DNA from: Selaginella moellendorffii
Taxonomy: Eukaryota; Plantae; Lycopodiophyta
Assembly (NCBI RefSeq): GCF_000143415.4
Contig: NW_003314365.1
Coordinates: 201,902 to 265,901 of the forward strand
Reading direction: 5' to 3'
Length of the DNA: 64,000 bases
Part shown: one piece after another, positions 49,165 to 63,595 of the stretch
Position numbering within the stretch: the stretch's first letter is position 1
Layout of the letters: the number at the start of each line of letters is the position of its first letter
Notes under the pieces: model-generated
What the model was told of the DNA's origin: nothing
Database searches by the model: none
What the model saw: the letters and a program-made list of their open reading frames with translations, nothing else
Made by a program: the position numbers and the translations under genes

Positions 49165-51720
49165 TCAAAACACGGCCTTCATCAGCTTGGGACGATAATG
49201 GATACTTATGTCCTCGTATGCGCTCTTTTGTTCCACTGTGATGTAATCATTTGTTCGAAGAACCTGTCAATCGCAACATGAGCTTCTAGTTGAAAACCAA
49301 AAAGCCACCATACCAAAGTCTCGAAAAACATCCGAGCTGCTTCCTTCCTAGTTTTGCCAGTTAAGAGCTTGTTCAGAGTCACAGGCCTCTTTACAGCCGT
49401 ATCAAACGTAGCTCGAAGAAACTGCGCAATCGCCCTGCAATGGATGATTTGTTTTTCACTCACTCCAGTTTTTCACTTTCAGAGTGTACCTTGTTCGTTC
49501 GGACCATCCTTCAGATTGTGAGCCTACCAGATCAGGGCCATTGCTAGCCAATAAATAAGCTGTAAAAGCAAATCAGGGAAAAACACACACAAACATAAGA
49601 GAGAGTCACTCACAAGAGTCGATTGGTGGTGGAAACTCCCGAGGCACAGTGTTCTTGTCATGATCGGTCTGCACAGTGTCGTGGAATTCTTCCGCTTGTT
49701 TGCTATTATCCTCGTGATATTTTTGAATTTGCTCGCTTACTCTATCTTCAAATGCACCTGTTTCACCACCTGTCAGGAAATGTTTTTCGTTACCAAAATC
49801 GTAATAATTCGATAAACTTACCGCCACTGTCTGGAATTATAGCAGTGGGAGCTTCTACTTCCGGCATTTCAGGTATTGCATATAGTTGCTGGGGTGATGG
49901 GTTCCGTACTTCAAGAGGAGATTGCTCTGGGGATCTGACTGGTGCAGGAGAAACCCCGCCTGGTGATTGTGGCGTGGCGAGGGGTGACTTTGGAGGTGAC
50001 TGCACTTTGGTACGATCCTGAACGGGAGTAGTTTCGACATCTGCGCCATCTACTGCGAAGGTCACGTTGGGAGCGGAGGCTTTCAATCGCTTTGGATTGA
50101 AAACTCGGTCATAAAGTTCTTCCAGCCGAGAGCATAGACCTGCGGAAGAAAATGGTCGTTAAGGACTACAAGCATCCAGGGACAAGATTACCATCCACAG
50201 AAGGTGTGCTCAGCGTACGCTTGCCTAGACGTTCTTTTTGAAAAATCCAAATCTCCTTGGGAGAAACCTTTCTCCGGACCCGGCGCAGGTCAGACGAATC
50301 GTTGAGCATATCTTTCATGTAACTGCAACGTGCCGAGTTTAAAAAGAAAAGGTGAAGATCCGACATCATTGAAACAAACACATTACCTTTCCGAGAGTGT
50401 TACCTGCATATCATATGCTTGCTTTCGCTTTCTAGGAGTGTTATTCTTGCGAGATGGAACAGGGGTCTCCACAACTCCGAAAGCAGGAGTATCGTCGCCA
50501 TCTAGAGTGATTGCACGCATTCGTCAGCATTTCGGACAACAATAATCTCATGCTAAGTATTACCTGGAAACCGCTGAGCACCAGGAGAGTTCGCGTCTGA
50601 CCTTGAAACGGGTGTGCTCGGTAAAGGCTGCTCGTCTTCAACCAGCCGTGCTTCTTCGACAACGGCGTCCTCTCGTGGTTCGGCTGCCACTGGCTCGACA
50701 CTTTGCTTCTCAAAAGCATGAAAGTTTTCTTCCCCAGCCAGCGAAGCGGATCGAAGCTTCTCAATGTCAGGGACAGTGTCTGCATCCAGCGGCGAAGAAG
50801 GTCCAACATCCATATCCATTGGAGGAAGCACACTGTTATAGCAAGTTAAAGATCAGTCAGCATAAAAAAATCAAGGAAAAGAAAGAAGGATGAAACTCAC
50901 TCTTCTTGGAGCTCGGGTGTTTCAGCCTCGTTCAACGGAAATTTCTGAAGATCACGTCTTAGCAAACAAACTGACGAGAAAAGGAATAAGTCACAAAGCA
51001 GACCTCGTTACCAATGTCCATAGCGTGAGGAGTTTCCATAAACCTTTCTGCAAGATGAACAAACCGTGAGCGAGAGTCAACCTGGGAGCTACATACATAC
51101 CGTCCTGCTCGAACTGAGAACCCGGATACGAATCGTCCACGACATTTTCTTCCAGAGTAATTTGGTCTCGAGTTGTAACATGGTGATCGACTCTGCAAGC
51201 GGTGGCTCTTGGTGGGAAAAGAGAAACAAAACACCAAAGAAAAGAAGCACGTACCCATCAGGAATGTACAACACATCTATGTCGTCGAACTCAAACGCTT
51301 CCGGTAGAGTGATGGAGTGAAAGGGAGCACTGGCGGCGTCGGCCGGAAGATCCACGGACGCCGAAGTCGCGGAGGAGAAGGCATTCTTGAGCTTGACAAG
51401 CGCATCGTTGCAATCGTGGAAGAGATAGTTTACTTTGCGTGAGTAAATCCTCACAACACCTAGCAGCAAGTGACCCGACAAGCGCAGCGCGATGGGAACC
51501 TCGGGAAAGAGAATAGAATCTAGAGACACACACACACAAAGGAGAGATTAAGGGAAAAGGGACAGGAACAAGAACAAGATTGCGCGGAGAACATACCTAC
51601 AGAGGTGATGATGTTGGTGTCGTTCACCTGGTTCTTGCGGAGCTTCTTCTCGAGGTGCGCTGCGATCCAGATCGTCCCCAGCGGCCCTTTCTTTGCCAAA
51701 ATGTACTGCGAGTAAAACAT
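49165..51720 (-). CDS. RAD21: Cohesin kleisin RAD21/SCC1 (SYN4-like), multi-exon
   Basis: MFYSQYILAKKGPLGTIWIAAH, IALRLSGHLLLGVVRIYSRK, and C-terminal KTRKEAARMFFETLVL...YITVEQ..YEDI. Confidence 0.93.
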
Positions 51721-53474
51721 CGCCGCCGATCGATCGCCCAAACCCTAGGTTTTTCTTTCTCCTCTTTTTCGCGCTTCTTGAACGAGCTGGGCTCCTTCTC
51801 CAACACACTTCCGCTCGAGCCTGCCACGTGTTCTTTAGGGCTTTCTAGCAAGCTACTTAGCAGTAAGCAAAGCAAAGTGTAATTCAAAAAGTCCATATTC
51901 ATATCAATTACCCAGCAAATTGGTTTGCAATTTCATACCATTTCGAGAGATTTACTGAGTTTAGCTATATTTGCTCCTTGATCAACTCTTAAACTGCTAA
52001 AGTATAGAAGAAAAAACTTTGTAAAAAATAAGTCTTGAAGCTAAAGTAACCTATCATCAATAGTAATTGATTGTAATTAGAAGCTTCATGGCTGCAAAGG
52101 CAAAGGAGCCCCGGTAAAGGGTAATTCCATGCAATCTGATCATAGCCTCTTGATTCCATGCAAGTAGTAATCAAGTTAGCCTAAGAAAGGAATTGTTGAG
52201 AAAGAAAGGGATCACTCACTTTTAGCCACATTGCAAAGGTGGATGTGATGAGTGGTAATTGCTATGAACCGTGCTATGCATACACCTTGATGTGATAAAA
52301 TTTAAGGAGCTAGAGAGCTAGCATGGATTCACAAACTTGCCCATCCATCTTGCAGGCAAGGTGGTGGGCAGAGAGAAGCTACAGGGTGAAAACGTTTCCC
52401 GTAAATATGCATGCGTAGCGACTTTACTTCTGTAACTATCCTCAATCGTTTGATGGCAACTCCATACTTCGGGGGATCATGTGTCGAGGGCATATTCGTG
52501 TTGCGGGTGGACAAAAGGTCATTGTCATGGAGGATCTACTTGACGAAGGACCAACACGTCGTATTTTACCAGGATGCATCATTTCTCACATGAGAAAACT
52601 TTGACGACGGGAGTAAGCAATGTTACCATGGCATTCCTTCCTACCTTAGCCATGCATTAAGACAATCTTATACTTCTCTTAAAAACTTTGAGCAAGTTAC
52701 ATAACCTTTGGAGCAGATATATGAACAGTGTTACTATCAGCCTAGAGACTCGTGCTTGTCAAGTGATCCGGATGACTGCGATCATGAATATGAAAACACA
52801 AAGCATGGCGAAGATGAGAAGCCAAGAGTAGAACTCGCCGGCTCTTCGGTTCGCGGAGGCCAAGCGTCTGTAGAGCGTCGCCAGTGGCATCCACAACTTG
52901 GACAGAGCAAGCAAGCAAGCAAACCGTGTCAGAAAAGAAAGAATCGTGAATTCCAGGAGAGGTTTTGGAACAAACTTTGGGGGTGTCTTGCAGGGATTGT
53001 TGCATGAGTAATGTCGACTCTTAATTGTGTCAAGCTAGCGACCATTTCTTCTGTTAGATCGTCCTGCAAGCAAAAGAAGAAATTAAAGTACGATCCGAAA
53101 ACAAAGAGAAGTACCAATGCTTTCCAATGAATTCGTGATTGGCACTGTCGAGTTTCACTTCTACTTTTGAAGGACCAGGCTCGGGATCGTCATGCTGGAT
53201 GCTGAAAATACAAGATAAAGGAGATCAATGGATCGTGTAAAATTGGTAACCAGAGAAGAACTTACTGTCTCTTTCGAGAATTCCTCCTCGACCCCTCTAG
53301 CTTACCCATACTCTTTGCCATGGATGAAAGAATATGATATTTTTGCCATCCTTGTTGTACGATCCACCTGGGAAAATTTTGCTGGGCGTTCCAACCTCGT
53401 CCATGTAAGCATGTGGAGCCCTGATTCGATGAGGGATTGCTCTTGAGCTATTTTAATGGAAGTTTTTTGTTTTG

Positions 53475-54460
53475 TCATTCGCCATGACCGTCATTGACCT
53501 CTATTGACTTTAGCTTGACCAACAGCTTGGTAAAGCGATCTCTCTTGGAAGAGTGCTGTTGGCCTACACGTCTCTGGCGGCCGATCCTCTCATGGAGAGC
53601 TCTTCCCTGCTTGATGACATCGCCACCGTCGTTGGAGCAAGCTTCCAGCGCAAGCATGAGAGAGACTCTGCTCGAAGATCCATCTCGCGGAAGATTTGCA
53701 GCGCTTCCTTGCCGGATCCAATCTGAGCGTAGGCAGCGACGAGCGAGAGTTCCAGCACATCGCGTCCTCGTCGAAATCTTTCCTTGCATCGTTGAGGCTA
53801 TGGCAGCAAATCGCGTGAAGACTTTCCTTGCATCGTCGAGGCTATGGCAGCGAGCATACATGTTGAGCAGCGCCGTCTGGAGCATCTCCAGCGATCGTCC
53901 TCTCCATTGCGAGAGGATGGATCGTTCCAGCGAGTTGCAAGCACCCACAACGCTGAAGAACGTCAAGCGATCCGGCTCGGGGCCGCTGGGGTCTTCCAGC
54001 ATTCTCTTGAAGAGGTTGACAAGTTCTTCCTGTGTAACCCGAGATCGTATTTCAGCTCACATGTCTGCTCTTCATGGATCAAAGATCTCCCTCGCAGTGT
54101 CCAGTGATCCGCTGCTGAGTAGAGGCAATTGGCAATGGAGAGATGATCGCCTCCAGAGCGAGTGGATAAGATCCTTATGAGACATGATCATCGGTGATCG
54201 AGATAGACGACACGATCCCTTCGAGGAGCATCATCAGGGATCCACGATGGTTGTGAGCGCACGCCAAGATCCTTCTCGCACTTGCCCGTTCTGGGCAAAT
54301 GCTGCGTGACCTTCCATCTTGTGGAAGACTCCCAACGCCAAGCGGCCGCACTTCCCTGAATTTCCCTGAGGAGATTTCCAAAGAACCTGTGACGATCTAG
54401 GCCGCCGTGACTGCGCTTGCCCCGCCCAGAGATCTGTGAAGCGGGTTTCCGCCATCGACC
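53475..54460 (-). pseudogene. Degraded PLS-PPR gene
   Basis: Fragments in different frames: PDRLTFFSVVGAC, LQTALLNMYARCHSLDDARKVF, AAYAQIGSGKEALQIFREMDL and AFAQNGQVREG. Confidence 0.7.
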
Positions 54461-54792
54461 TAGAAAGTTTCCCGCCAAGCGATTAGGATATTCTATTATA
54501 TTCGATATTTTGAATCATCCCGCCAGTTTTTGCCCTTTGCTTGGATGGAGACCTAAATTGCGCATTGCTCTTCAATGCGTACTCATCCATGGGGCCGACG
54601 CCGGCGTGCGTCGCTAGAATCTCCTCGGCGTGGCACTGGCGTATTTCACTCTCTGGCCGGTCCGATCTTTGGGATCAGGCAGCTAGCCGCCATTCTTGGT
54701 GCGCATTTTCCAGTTTTCTCGCGGTTTTCTCGATTGAGTCTCGCGCTAGCTGGCTTTGATCGGTACGCGAGACGAATCGATCTTGCAGATGG

Positions 54793-57700
54793 ATGGCGTC
54801 GGCCACCGCGGTTGTTCTTGGGGGAAGAAACCCTAGCTTGGCGACGACGGAAGAATATAAAGGTCCATTCTTTGATGATAACTTAATAACTATTTTATTC
54901 TCCAGGATCACTTGGTTTTTACCGATGGTTTTTTATCGAGCTATAAAAGCCAGAGGTCATATTGTAAGCAAGAAAATGGCAGGAGGTCGGCTCGGGGAGC
55001 CATGGAAGCGCCGGCGAATTGCGGCACCGGTGGCATCGGAAATGGGAGAGATCCATGCTACCGGGCTTGAACTGCTCGGCGAGGCGGCAGCAGTCGGTGA
55101 TGAAGCAGTGACGACGAGCTTCAGCGATTCCGGGCCAGTAGTGACAGATGATCCTGCAAGAACTTCTCTTCCCAGGTCTTCATCATCCATCCAGCTTCCA
55201 GCGGTCGCAGCAGAAGACCAAGTCTTTGTCCCTAGCGATCCAGGCTCCGGATTTGATCACCTCGGCGACATTCAGCGGTCGCATGCGAGGATCGGTGGCG
55301 AGGCAGCGACGGATGATCCTTTTCCAAGCTTTGGTTCGCTGACAAGCTTCGCGGGTTTGTCATCATTCCAGCGCAGCTCGACCTTAGCGATCGCAGCAAA
55401 AGTGGAAGCCTTTGAGCAGCCGGGAAGCACAGCTCAGGATTTCTCTCCCGTGGGAGTGGTGGCGGCCACCTTGGTTCCAGCGGTCGCAGCGAAAGACCAA
55501 GCCTTCGGTGCTAGCAGTCCAGGCTCCGGCCTCCGCGGCATTCAGTCCCATGCGGCGATCAGTGGCGAAGCAGCGACAGGAGATTATGGGCCTGTAGCGA
55601 CAGATGATCCGACCAGCTTGAGCGCTAGCGATTCCAACGTCCAGGTGTGGAAGGCAACGCAGGATTTCTCTCTAGGCGAAATAGCGGACGCCATCGTACG
55701 CAACTATTTCGATGGCAAGCTTCCACGGGACTCCGCCAGACCAGCCGAGGCCATCATGCACAACTATTTCGATGGCACGCCTTCATGGGACTCCGACCGA
55801 GCCCAGGTTTCTCCTGTGAGAATGACGCCGGCCAGCTTGGGCGATTTATATGGCAGGCTGGAGTTCTACCAGATGGTACGTGTAGCTCAGGCGGTAGAAA
55901 TGGTCGCATACTCCTTTGGCGATTTCCATGAGTACAGGAGTTGGCACCCATGGGCTTTCGAGGAGGCGCACCAGTTCTCTGGAAACGACGATCCAACGAT
56001 GGTAGAAGTGGAGAACCAATTTTCGCGGGCTGAAGGGGAGCTCCCCCGAGACGACGACAATGACACAGTAAGCAAAGAAGGTGATCTACATATGGAAGAA
56101 GTAGGAGAAGAAGACGAGCATCTAGTGATAGAAGTGGAGGACCATGCAGGGAGAGAAGAAGAAAAAGATCAAGAAACGGGAGAAGAAGACGATGTAGACG
56201 GAGATGAATTCGCACAGATAAAAGAGGGTCCAAGAGTGGACGATGCTCAATGCGACGGGCTCGAGAGTAAGGACGACGAGGCAGTGGAGATACAGGTTCG
56301 GCGCACCAGTTCCCTCGAGACGACAATCCAGCGGAAATCCAAATTTCATGGGACGAAGCTGTGCAGGAGCTCCTCCGGGATGGCACAGAAAGGTCAGAAG
56401 GTATGGAAGAAGTAAGAGAAGAAGACGAGCACGCAGTGATAGAAGCGAAGGACCATGCAGCGAGAGAAGAAGAAGAAGAAGATAACAAAGCAGGAGAAGC
56501 AGACGATGTAGACAAAGATGAATTCGCACAGATAGAAGAGGATGCAGGAGTGGACGATGCTCAATGTGACATGCTCGAGAGTGAGGGGAGATACAGGTTC
56601 TGGCACACCAGCTTCCTCAAGACGATGATCTAGTGGAACTCCAAATTTCATGGGACGAAGCTGTGCAGGAGCTCCTCCGGGATGGCACAGAAAGGTCGGA
56701 AGGTGTGAAAGAAGTAAGAGAAGAAGACAAACACGCAGTGATAGAAGCGGAGGACCATGCAGCGAGAGAAGAAGAAGAAGATAACAAAGCAGGAGAAGTA
56801 GACAATGTAGACGAAGATGAATTCGCACAGATAGAAGAGGATGTAGGAGTGGACGATGCCCAATGTGACAGGCTCGAGAATGAAGCGGAGATAACGCAGC
56901 GACAGTGCCAGAAGAAGCTCCGGCAGCTGTGGAACCAGGTTTGCCACACTTGTGCATTTGTTTTTCATGATCCCTTTTATTTCTTTGCAGACTTCTACGA
57001 ACAGTTCTCTCCGGATTTCTGGACGTTGCCTCGCAGCTACGACCAATTTCTCGACAATTTGTTTTTACAAACGACCCTTTTGTTCGATCTCATGTATTAA
57101 TTCGCGCCAATAATATATTTGTGCCCTATCCCCGTGTAAAGAGTAGGATGGAATCCAGCGGTGGGCTATCGCATTCTCAGAGTTGCGAGGGCGCTGCCAT
57201 TTCACCTCCGAAACAGTGGATGAAACACTCCCGTCTGGAAGGATTTCAAAAAACCACGCACCCACCGGCTCATCCAGCTCCAGCCCAAACTGATGAAAAA
57301 GATCTGGAGTGTTGGATTGCCCCGTGCCAGACGCTGCCGTGCACCTGTTGATTGCCTCCGACTATTTCACGCGCAGGGAAGGACGACAAAGGGAGATTGC
57401 TCATCACAGGTATGATCGTTTGTGTGCACTGCGTCTTCATTGCTGCAAGCCCAGTGCCACTACATCGTCGCCAAGCTCGACAAGGTGAGATTTTTCTCTA
57501 GAAACCATTTCATCTTTGTGAAGAATTCTCTATGGTCTTGCAGAAAATGGCCGAGGGATGGGTGGACAAGAGTGACGAAGAACTGATAGCAAGTATGTGT
57601 TCCTTTGTTCTTTCCCCTCCTTTTTCTTGGTTACTGATGGCATATATGATCCAGATCTAAACAAGGTGGTGGAAGGAATTCCCTCTCCCCAGCACGCACA

Positions 57701-59099
57701 ATCGCGTCTCTCGGATGCTATGCGACTGTTTGATCTGACTGCGTCGCTGGCCGACCTCGTCCTTGCATGGTTTTTGATCAGGCTTGGTAACGACGAGGAG
57801 CAATCTCTGGATTGGCTCGTCTATTCCGAAAAGAAGGCTACGGTGGATCGTCACGCTGGCGGCAGGGGCCAATTCGAGAATCTCCTCTTCTTCTTCTTTC
57901 AGAATGTCAAGATTTTTGATCCACCATCCCCGGAACGAATTGAAAAACTCTGTGCCTGGTTCTACGTTCTACCGAAAGTCGAGTTCAGAGGCATCGATAT
58001 CACGAGTGCTGCCCGCCAGATACTTGTGGTACGTTATTGGTTATTGGTTTTCTATTTCCAGATGTTTGACTCCACGTCTTTCTCATCTTTTCAGCATTTC
58101 ATAGGTGCGCGAGTTTTACGTTTATCATTTGGTGACCATGAATGCCTCAAGCATTTCATTGAAGACCACTTGCAAATCTTCCACAACTTTCGACTGTATC
58201 TGCGATCAAACATCTACAATTGTCACAACGTGAGCGCGCTCATTGGTCGCCTGCTGTTCACTTGGACGAGAACGAGCGAAGGGCAGCGTGATCATGACGA
58301 GCTCAAGGAGCTGTGCAAATTCACCGGCAACAGTTTCGCGGAGCACGTCAAGTCCACACTCGGCTCAAGCAACTCTTGTGAAGACGAGCGCCAGCTTTTG
58401 TTTCATGCCGCAGCCAGAGTGTTCGGGGAAGATTTCAGTGGCCAGTTTGTGACCCTGTGCGCGAACTCGCAGTGGGAGGACAATGCCAAGCTCTTGCAGA
58501 CAAGCGAGCTTGGAGAAATCATGGAGTTGGCGAAGCAGGGACAGTTCCAAGTTGCTAATCCTCTCCCCAAGAAGGTTGTGACCAGTCGTTGGCTCGGTGA
58601 AATAATCCTCTGCTTCTAGCTTTTTCACTGTCTTTGGGGAGTGAATCCACGCTCCAAGCTCTAGGCAGATCTTCTTTGTCACAGTCTCAGCCAAGTAAAC
58701 CCCTTCCTTACGGCAACTAGAGGTTAATAACAGCGTCATGTGTTGGCGGTTTATGACGGGATCGATAAGTAATCCTCTGCCTGCAAATCAAAAATCACAT
58801 TAGAAGAAGCGTCTAACTTGAAATTGATATACTCACAATCCTGTATCCATGTTGTACGATCAAAGGTGTATGGCATGCTATCCTCGAGAACCAGCTGAAA
58901 GAAAAGGTTCGTGCTTAGAACACTAAGGCAAAGCAAGAACGAGAAAACAACACTTACATTAGATAATGCCCTTAGGGATGTTATGTTGCGTGCTGCTGGG
59001 GGTGAATTTAGTGACAAGCACGAAATTTTGCTGGCTAAGATGGCCAAGTTACTTGGATTTGGAAACATGGACGGTATGTATGGACTCGCCAGAGCTTGA
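54793..59099 (+). pseudogene. Orphan multi-exon gene with internal repeats and frameshifts
   Basis: 540 aa ORF plus downstream same-strand ORFs (56361, 56633, 57597, 58911). Frameshifts visible by comparing repeat units. No family recognised. Confidence 0.45.
56090..56890 (+). repeat. About 300-bp tandem repeat, ~2.7 units, encoding acidic EEDEHAVIEAEDHAAREEEE...DEFAQIEED.GVDDAQCD.LE
   Basis: Units start near 56090, 56400 and 56705. Confidence 0.85.
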
Positions 59100-59747
59100 G
59101 GGCCATCCCAACTCTAAAAAATCTAGTAGCATGAATTCTCAGTTATACTTCAATCCCCTCAAGCGCCGGGAGATGACAGAAAAACGATGTTTAGAGTTTC
59201 AACAAAGAAAGCGGTGTTGCATTGCCACGAAATAATCTAGTAAGATATTTTTCAAACTTTGACAACAAAATCATAGCCCCTTGGAATGTATTTATCTCAG
59301 AATCAAGAAAGAACAGAATGGCCGGGCGAGGATAGGATCCTTTCGATGACGAGGCATGCCTCCAAGTGCCACGCTCCATCTCTGGAGCTTCCAGCAGTCT
59401 CGACCATCCAGCAGTAGTGATTCGGTGACAGTAAGCGCTGCAATCTCCATGCTTGCATCGATGCGGATTGTGAGCCCCGTGACTAGCGACTCCAGGCTCA
59501 CATCTAGCGATGATCAAAGCTCCAGGATAGAAAGCTCCGTGACTAGCGATGCTCAAAGCTCTGGTCTGCAAGGAGAGACCATACTTGCATCCAAACATTC
59601 GAACACAACTGGATTCGAACGGGTATCGAATGTTTAATACCTGTTTAGCTTTTTTTCAAATGGGTATAATGGTTTTCAGTTTTAATATAATTAAAAAATA
59701 ATTAACTGTTACTAAAAAAGTTTAACATAATATAATATAGGTTTAAT

Positions 59748-62700
59748 CTAATCTTCATCCTCCGAATTTAGAACATCATCGCCGTCATCATCAGGTTGTT
59801 GAAGAGGTTCTTCAACAACCTCCTGAAGTGCAAGGATCCTTTGCCACTGAGGCTCAAGCTCAAGGTTATCAAGATCATGCTCGATAAGCCTCAAACTCCC
59901 AGACTCGATCTTCTGTATGACACGCATATTTGTGTGCACAAAAACCAGTTTCTCCAAGTTTTTGGAGAGCAGTCGAGACTTCCTTTTTGTCTGGATCATG
60001 CTCCATGAGCTCCAGTTTTGCTCGCATGGTGAAGCACAAATTGGCTAACTCAAGATCCGTAAAGCAAGCCTTTAAAGTTCTTGTGTGCCTGCACCAAAGT
60101 TGCTCCACCAACTCACCGGGTGTTTCCGGTTCTCCATCTATACAAGAGAATCAGTCTAAAAAGTTGACAAACAAACAGTTTATACACACCTGCTTTGAAG
60201 AGAACAAACGGCCAAGTTGTTGACGGAAACTCTGAAACTCGTGTAGCAGCTTGTGTTGAAGTCCTTGATCTCCTTTGCAATACAACTCTAGGTACTCCAC
60301 AAAATCTTCCTGAGCCTCCTGGTCGAGAGGGAGATGAAGAAAAGCTGGGTTCAGAACAAAAGCAGCTCCATGCAAGATCGAATGCATCTGGAACCAACGA
60401 GTTGCTTTCCGACCTCCCTCGCCATGATCCTCCATCATGAACCTATTGATCTCCTCGACCTCTTCCTCGGCTAAAATCCCAATCTCAACAGCCTCTGAAA
60501 GCTTCTCATTCATCCGGTCCATAGCCTCGAAAATGAGACCGGAAGTTGCCCCCTCCCGGTCCGCAAGCTTCAAGACCTTGAGGAGCGATCCAAGAAGCAC
60601 CAACAAGTGCTGGCACCTAGTCCAGAAAGAGTTCAGAGTCTCTTCTAAGATCCGAGTTCGAATGCGCTGGGCTTTGGTGGTCTTCGTGATGTCCAATCGC
60701 CGCTACTCGGAGCTCACAACCATCTCCTTCAATGCCTCCAAGGTTGTCAGATTCAGGAGCTGAGACATCACTAGAAACATGTAAGCGAACCTTGTGCTCG
60801 ATGGCTTGATGAGATCCCGATTCCTTAGCTTCTGAAATAAAGCCAGAATGTGAGGTTTTTTGGTGATAAAAGTTACCACCTTGTGTAAGCGACTAAATTT
60901 TCCATTCTACTTTAGTCACTTAACCACACCTCTGACCACTTGGAGGAGTCTCATTCACAACCTCCATCAGTCCAATTCAGGACTTGGGACTTGCTAGCCC
61001 CAAGAATGGCATCCATGCCACTCAACACTTGCACCTGGTCCAAGTGCTCCACGTGTCCGGTCCCAAGACCGACACCCAAAGGTACCACTGACATCTCGGC
61101 CCGTTACGCTAAGGCCATGCTCATTCACCTTTGCTGCACTAGTGGTCCAACACCACTTGCATCACCACCTCGTCTCTCCAAGACTGGGCCATGTGTCCAC
61201 GAGTGGTCATCCTAGATCCACTCCTTAGCATCCTTAGGATGCCCATAGACCTGGGGAATCGCCTTCCCCAAAGTCCCTTTGTCAGTTCCTACCGAGTCCC
61301 TTTCTGCCCCTGGCCGTGTTTGCCAACACTGCCACTGGATCGAGGCCCACAGGCCCAACCACTAAGTCCCACGGTCCTCTGGGACTTCCTCACCACATGA
61401 CTGTGTCCTTGGTCACTACCCCAGAGGACTGCTCCTCTTCTTTTCCACAGTCTGGGCCTTTGGGACAACATTTCGGAACACTGTGGCCTTACGCGAGCCA
61501 CCTGGGTACTCTCCCCACCTTTTGCCTTTAGGTGCTCTAGCCATGGGCTTAGAGCGAGGTTCCATTGAGCCACGCCTGGTATCCAAGTAGGTAGTGCCAC
61601 CCACACTTGGATTGGGAGCATCGGCCAGTCGATCTCCCGGGGGAACTAGAGCCGGCTCTTGAACACTTCACCAAGCTACCCCGCTTGTCGGTCCGTATTC
61701 ACTCTAGTCTTGGACTTCCCAGTGGTCAGTTCATCACCCAACACTGGGTCGGGCCTTCCTGGGCCAAACTGGCCTTTCCTGGCCAAACTGGCTCCACTGC
61801 AGTCCTCCCCCTTACTATACTTTTGGAGCTCACCAAACCCCCCAGGGTCTGGGAGACGAATGCTTTGGGCTTTCACCCTCTCAGACTTGAACTCGGACTC
61901 GGACTCGGACTCGGACTCGGACTCGGACTTGGACTCGGACTCGGACTCGGGCTCGGGCTCGGTCTCAGCCTTGGCCTCGGTCTCGGTCTCGGTCCCGGTC
62001 CCGGTCTCGGTCTCGGTCCCGGTCCCAGTCTCGGTCTGGACCTTGGACTCCATCTTGGGTCCTTCTCGGACTCCATCTCGAACTCCATCTCGGACTCCGT
62101 CTCGGTCCATCTCGGACTCCATCTCGGACTCCATCTCGGACTCCGTCTCGGTCCATCTCGGACTCCATCTCGGACTCCGTCTCGGTCCACCTTGGACTCC
62201 ATCTCGGACTCCATCTCGGGTCCATCTCGGAGTCCATCTCGGACTCCACTTTGGGTCCATCTCAGACTCCATATCGGACTCCATCTCGGACTCCACTTCG
62301 GACTCCATATCGGACTCCACTTCGGGTCCATCTCGGACTCCAACTAGGGTCCGCCTCGGACTCCATCTCGGACACTTCCACGTGTCATGTGTTGGTCCTT
62401 TTTGGGTCCCTTTTTGGAGCCTTGCTTATTGCTCGCTTCGTGCTCACTCCTTGAGCACTTTGTTGGGAGTTCCACTCCTGCGCTCGGCCTTCCAAGTCAG
62501 AGCTTTTAGTCCAAACGTGTTACACTCGTTTGGGCTTTCGCTTCGGCCACTACCACGTGGCACCCTTTCCGGATCCACTTTGGGGCCTAGGCATTCTGTG
62601 TCTCACACCTTGTTGCAGCCTTTCACCAGTGGTTTTACCCACGACAACCACCCGATGTCTTTGAAGAGAAGGTCCAAGACGTGGCACACACACCAGCTGT

Positions 62701-63595
62701 GGAGAATGTGAGGATACTCAGCTGTCATGAGTTCTCCCATCTGCACATAGTTTGATGCATTGTCAATGATCACTTGAACAACATTTTCTTTGCCAACTTC
62801 TTGAATCACTTTCTTCAGCTCAACCCAAATCCACTATCCCATCTTTGTCTTGCCCTCGGAATCTACAGACTTCAAGAAAACCGAACCCTGGACGTTGGAG
62901 GCCATGAAGTTGATCAAGGATCGGCTATGGTTGTCAGACCAGCCATCGGTGATGATGCTAACTCCATGTCTTCTCCACCCCTCACGGATTGGATCAAGTC
63001 GAGCATTGACACTATCATAAAGCTTCTTCAGCTGTGTACTCTGTAGCTTCTCATATCCCATCATCTGTGCAAGAGCTCCAGGGCCGAAGTCGATAGCAGC
63101 TTGAAGCAACTTCCTCAGATTTGGCCTCCGAATGGTGTTGAAAGGGATATTTTCAACGTAGAAGAACTCAGCCATGGCATCATCCAGACATTGAACCTTT
63201 GCAGACTTCATCATCTATTGAATGTCACCATCCAGCGCTGGTGCAGCACTTTGTTTAAGACTGCTGCTCCTGGAAAGTGGAACGCTGCCGCTGCTTGCCT
63301 CGCCCAGCCCTCCGGTAGCCCCACCACTTGCCCCACAGCTGGCACCACCGCTCACCTCACCAACCTCAGTCTCGTGAGCTAAGGCAAGTCTCTCTTGGGG
63401 ACTTGCTGCAATCATGGAGCTCTTTGTGAGCTCCATATGATTAAAAGTTGCCTGAGCCTTGTTCACCACCTCTAGTGGCACCTGTTCTGTACAAATCTCT
63501 ACATTCCTTCCTTTCACACCCCCAAGGTGAGCACAAACTTGTTCAGCCATGTCGGTGTAAGTATTCGAGCAATACTTACACTTCCATGGACTCAC
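59748..63595 (-). mobile_element. hAT-superfamily transposase pseudogene (BED finger, DUF659, dimerisation domain)
   Basis: WKCKYC...HL BED finger, AEFFYVENIPFN, SIITDGWSD...RSLINF, VVQVIIDNASN, WCVCHVLDL, LIKPSSTRFA, LHGAAFVLNP and KRKSRL...LVFVHTN. In-frame stops at ~63215 and ~62834, plus two LTR insertions. Confidence 0.9.
60884..62607 (-). mobile_element. Family A solo LTR inserted in the hAT transposase
   Basis: TGTAAGCGAC...TCTCACA with TSD CCTTG at 60879-60883 and 62608-62612. Removing it restores the frame GCNKV|VTFITKKPH. Confidence 0.92.

Noticed and set aside
52000-53450. Short ORFs and exon-like fragments between RAD21 and the PPR relic
   Set aside because: No consistent frame or recognisable family, so no call can be supported.
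59200-59740. Terminal inverted repeat of the hAT element
   Set aside because: The other end is outside the window, so no TIR or 8-bp TSD can be verified.
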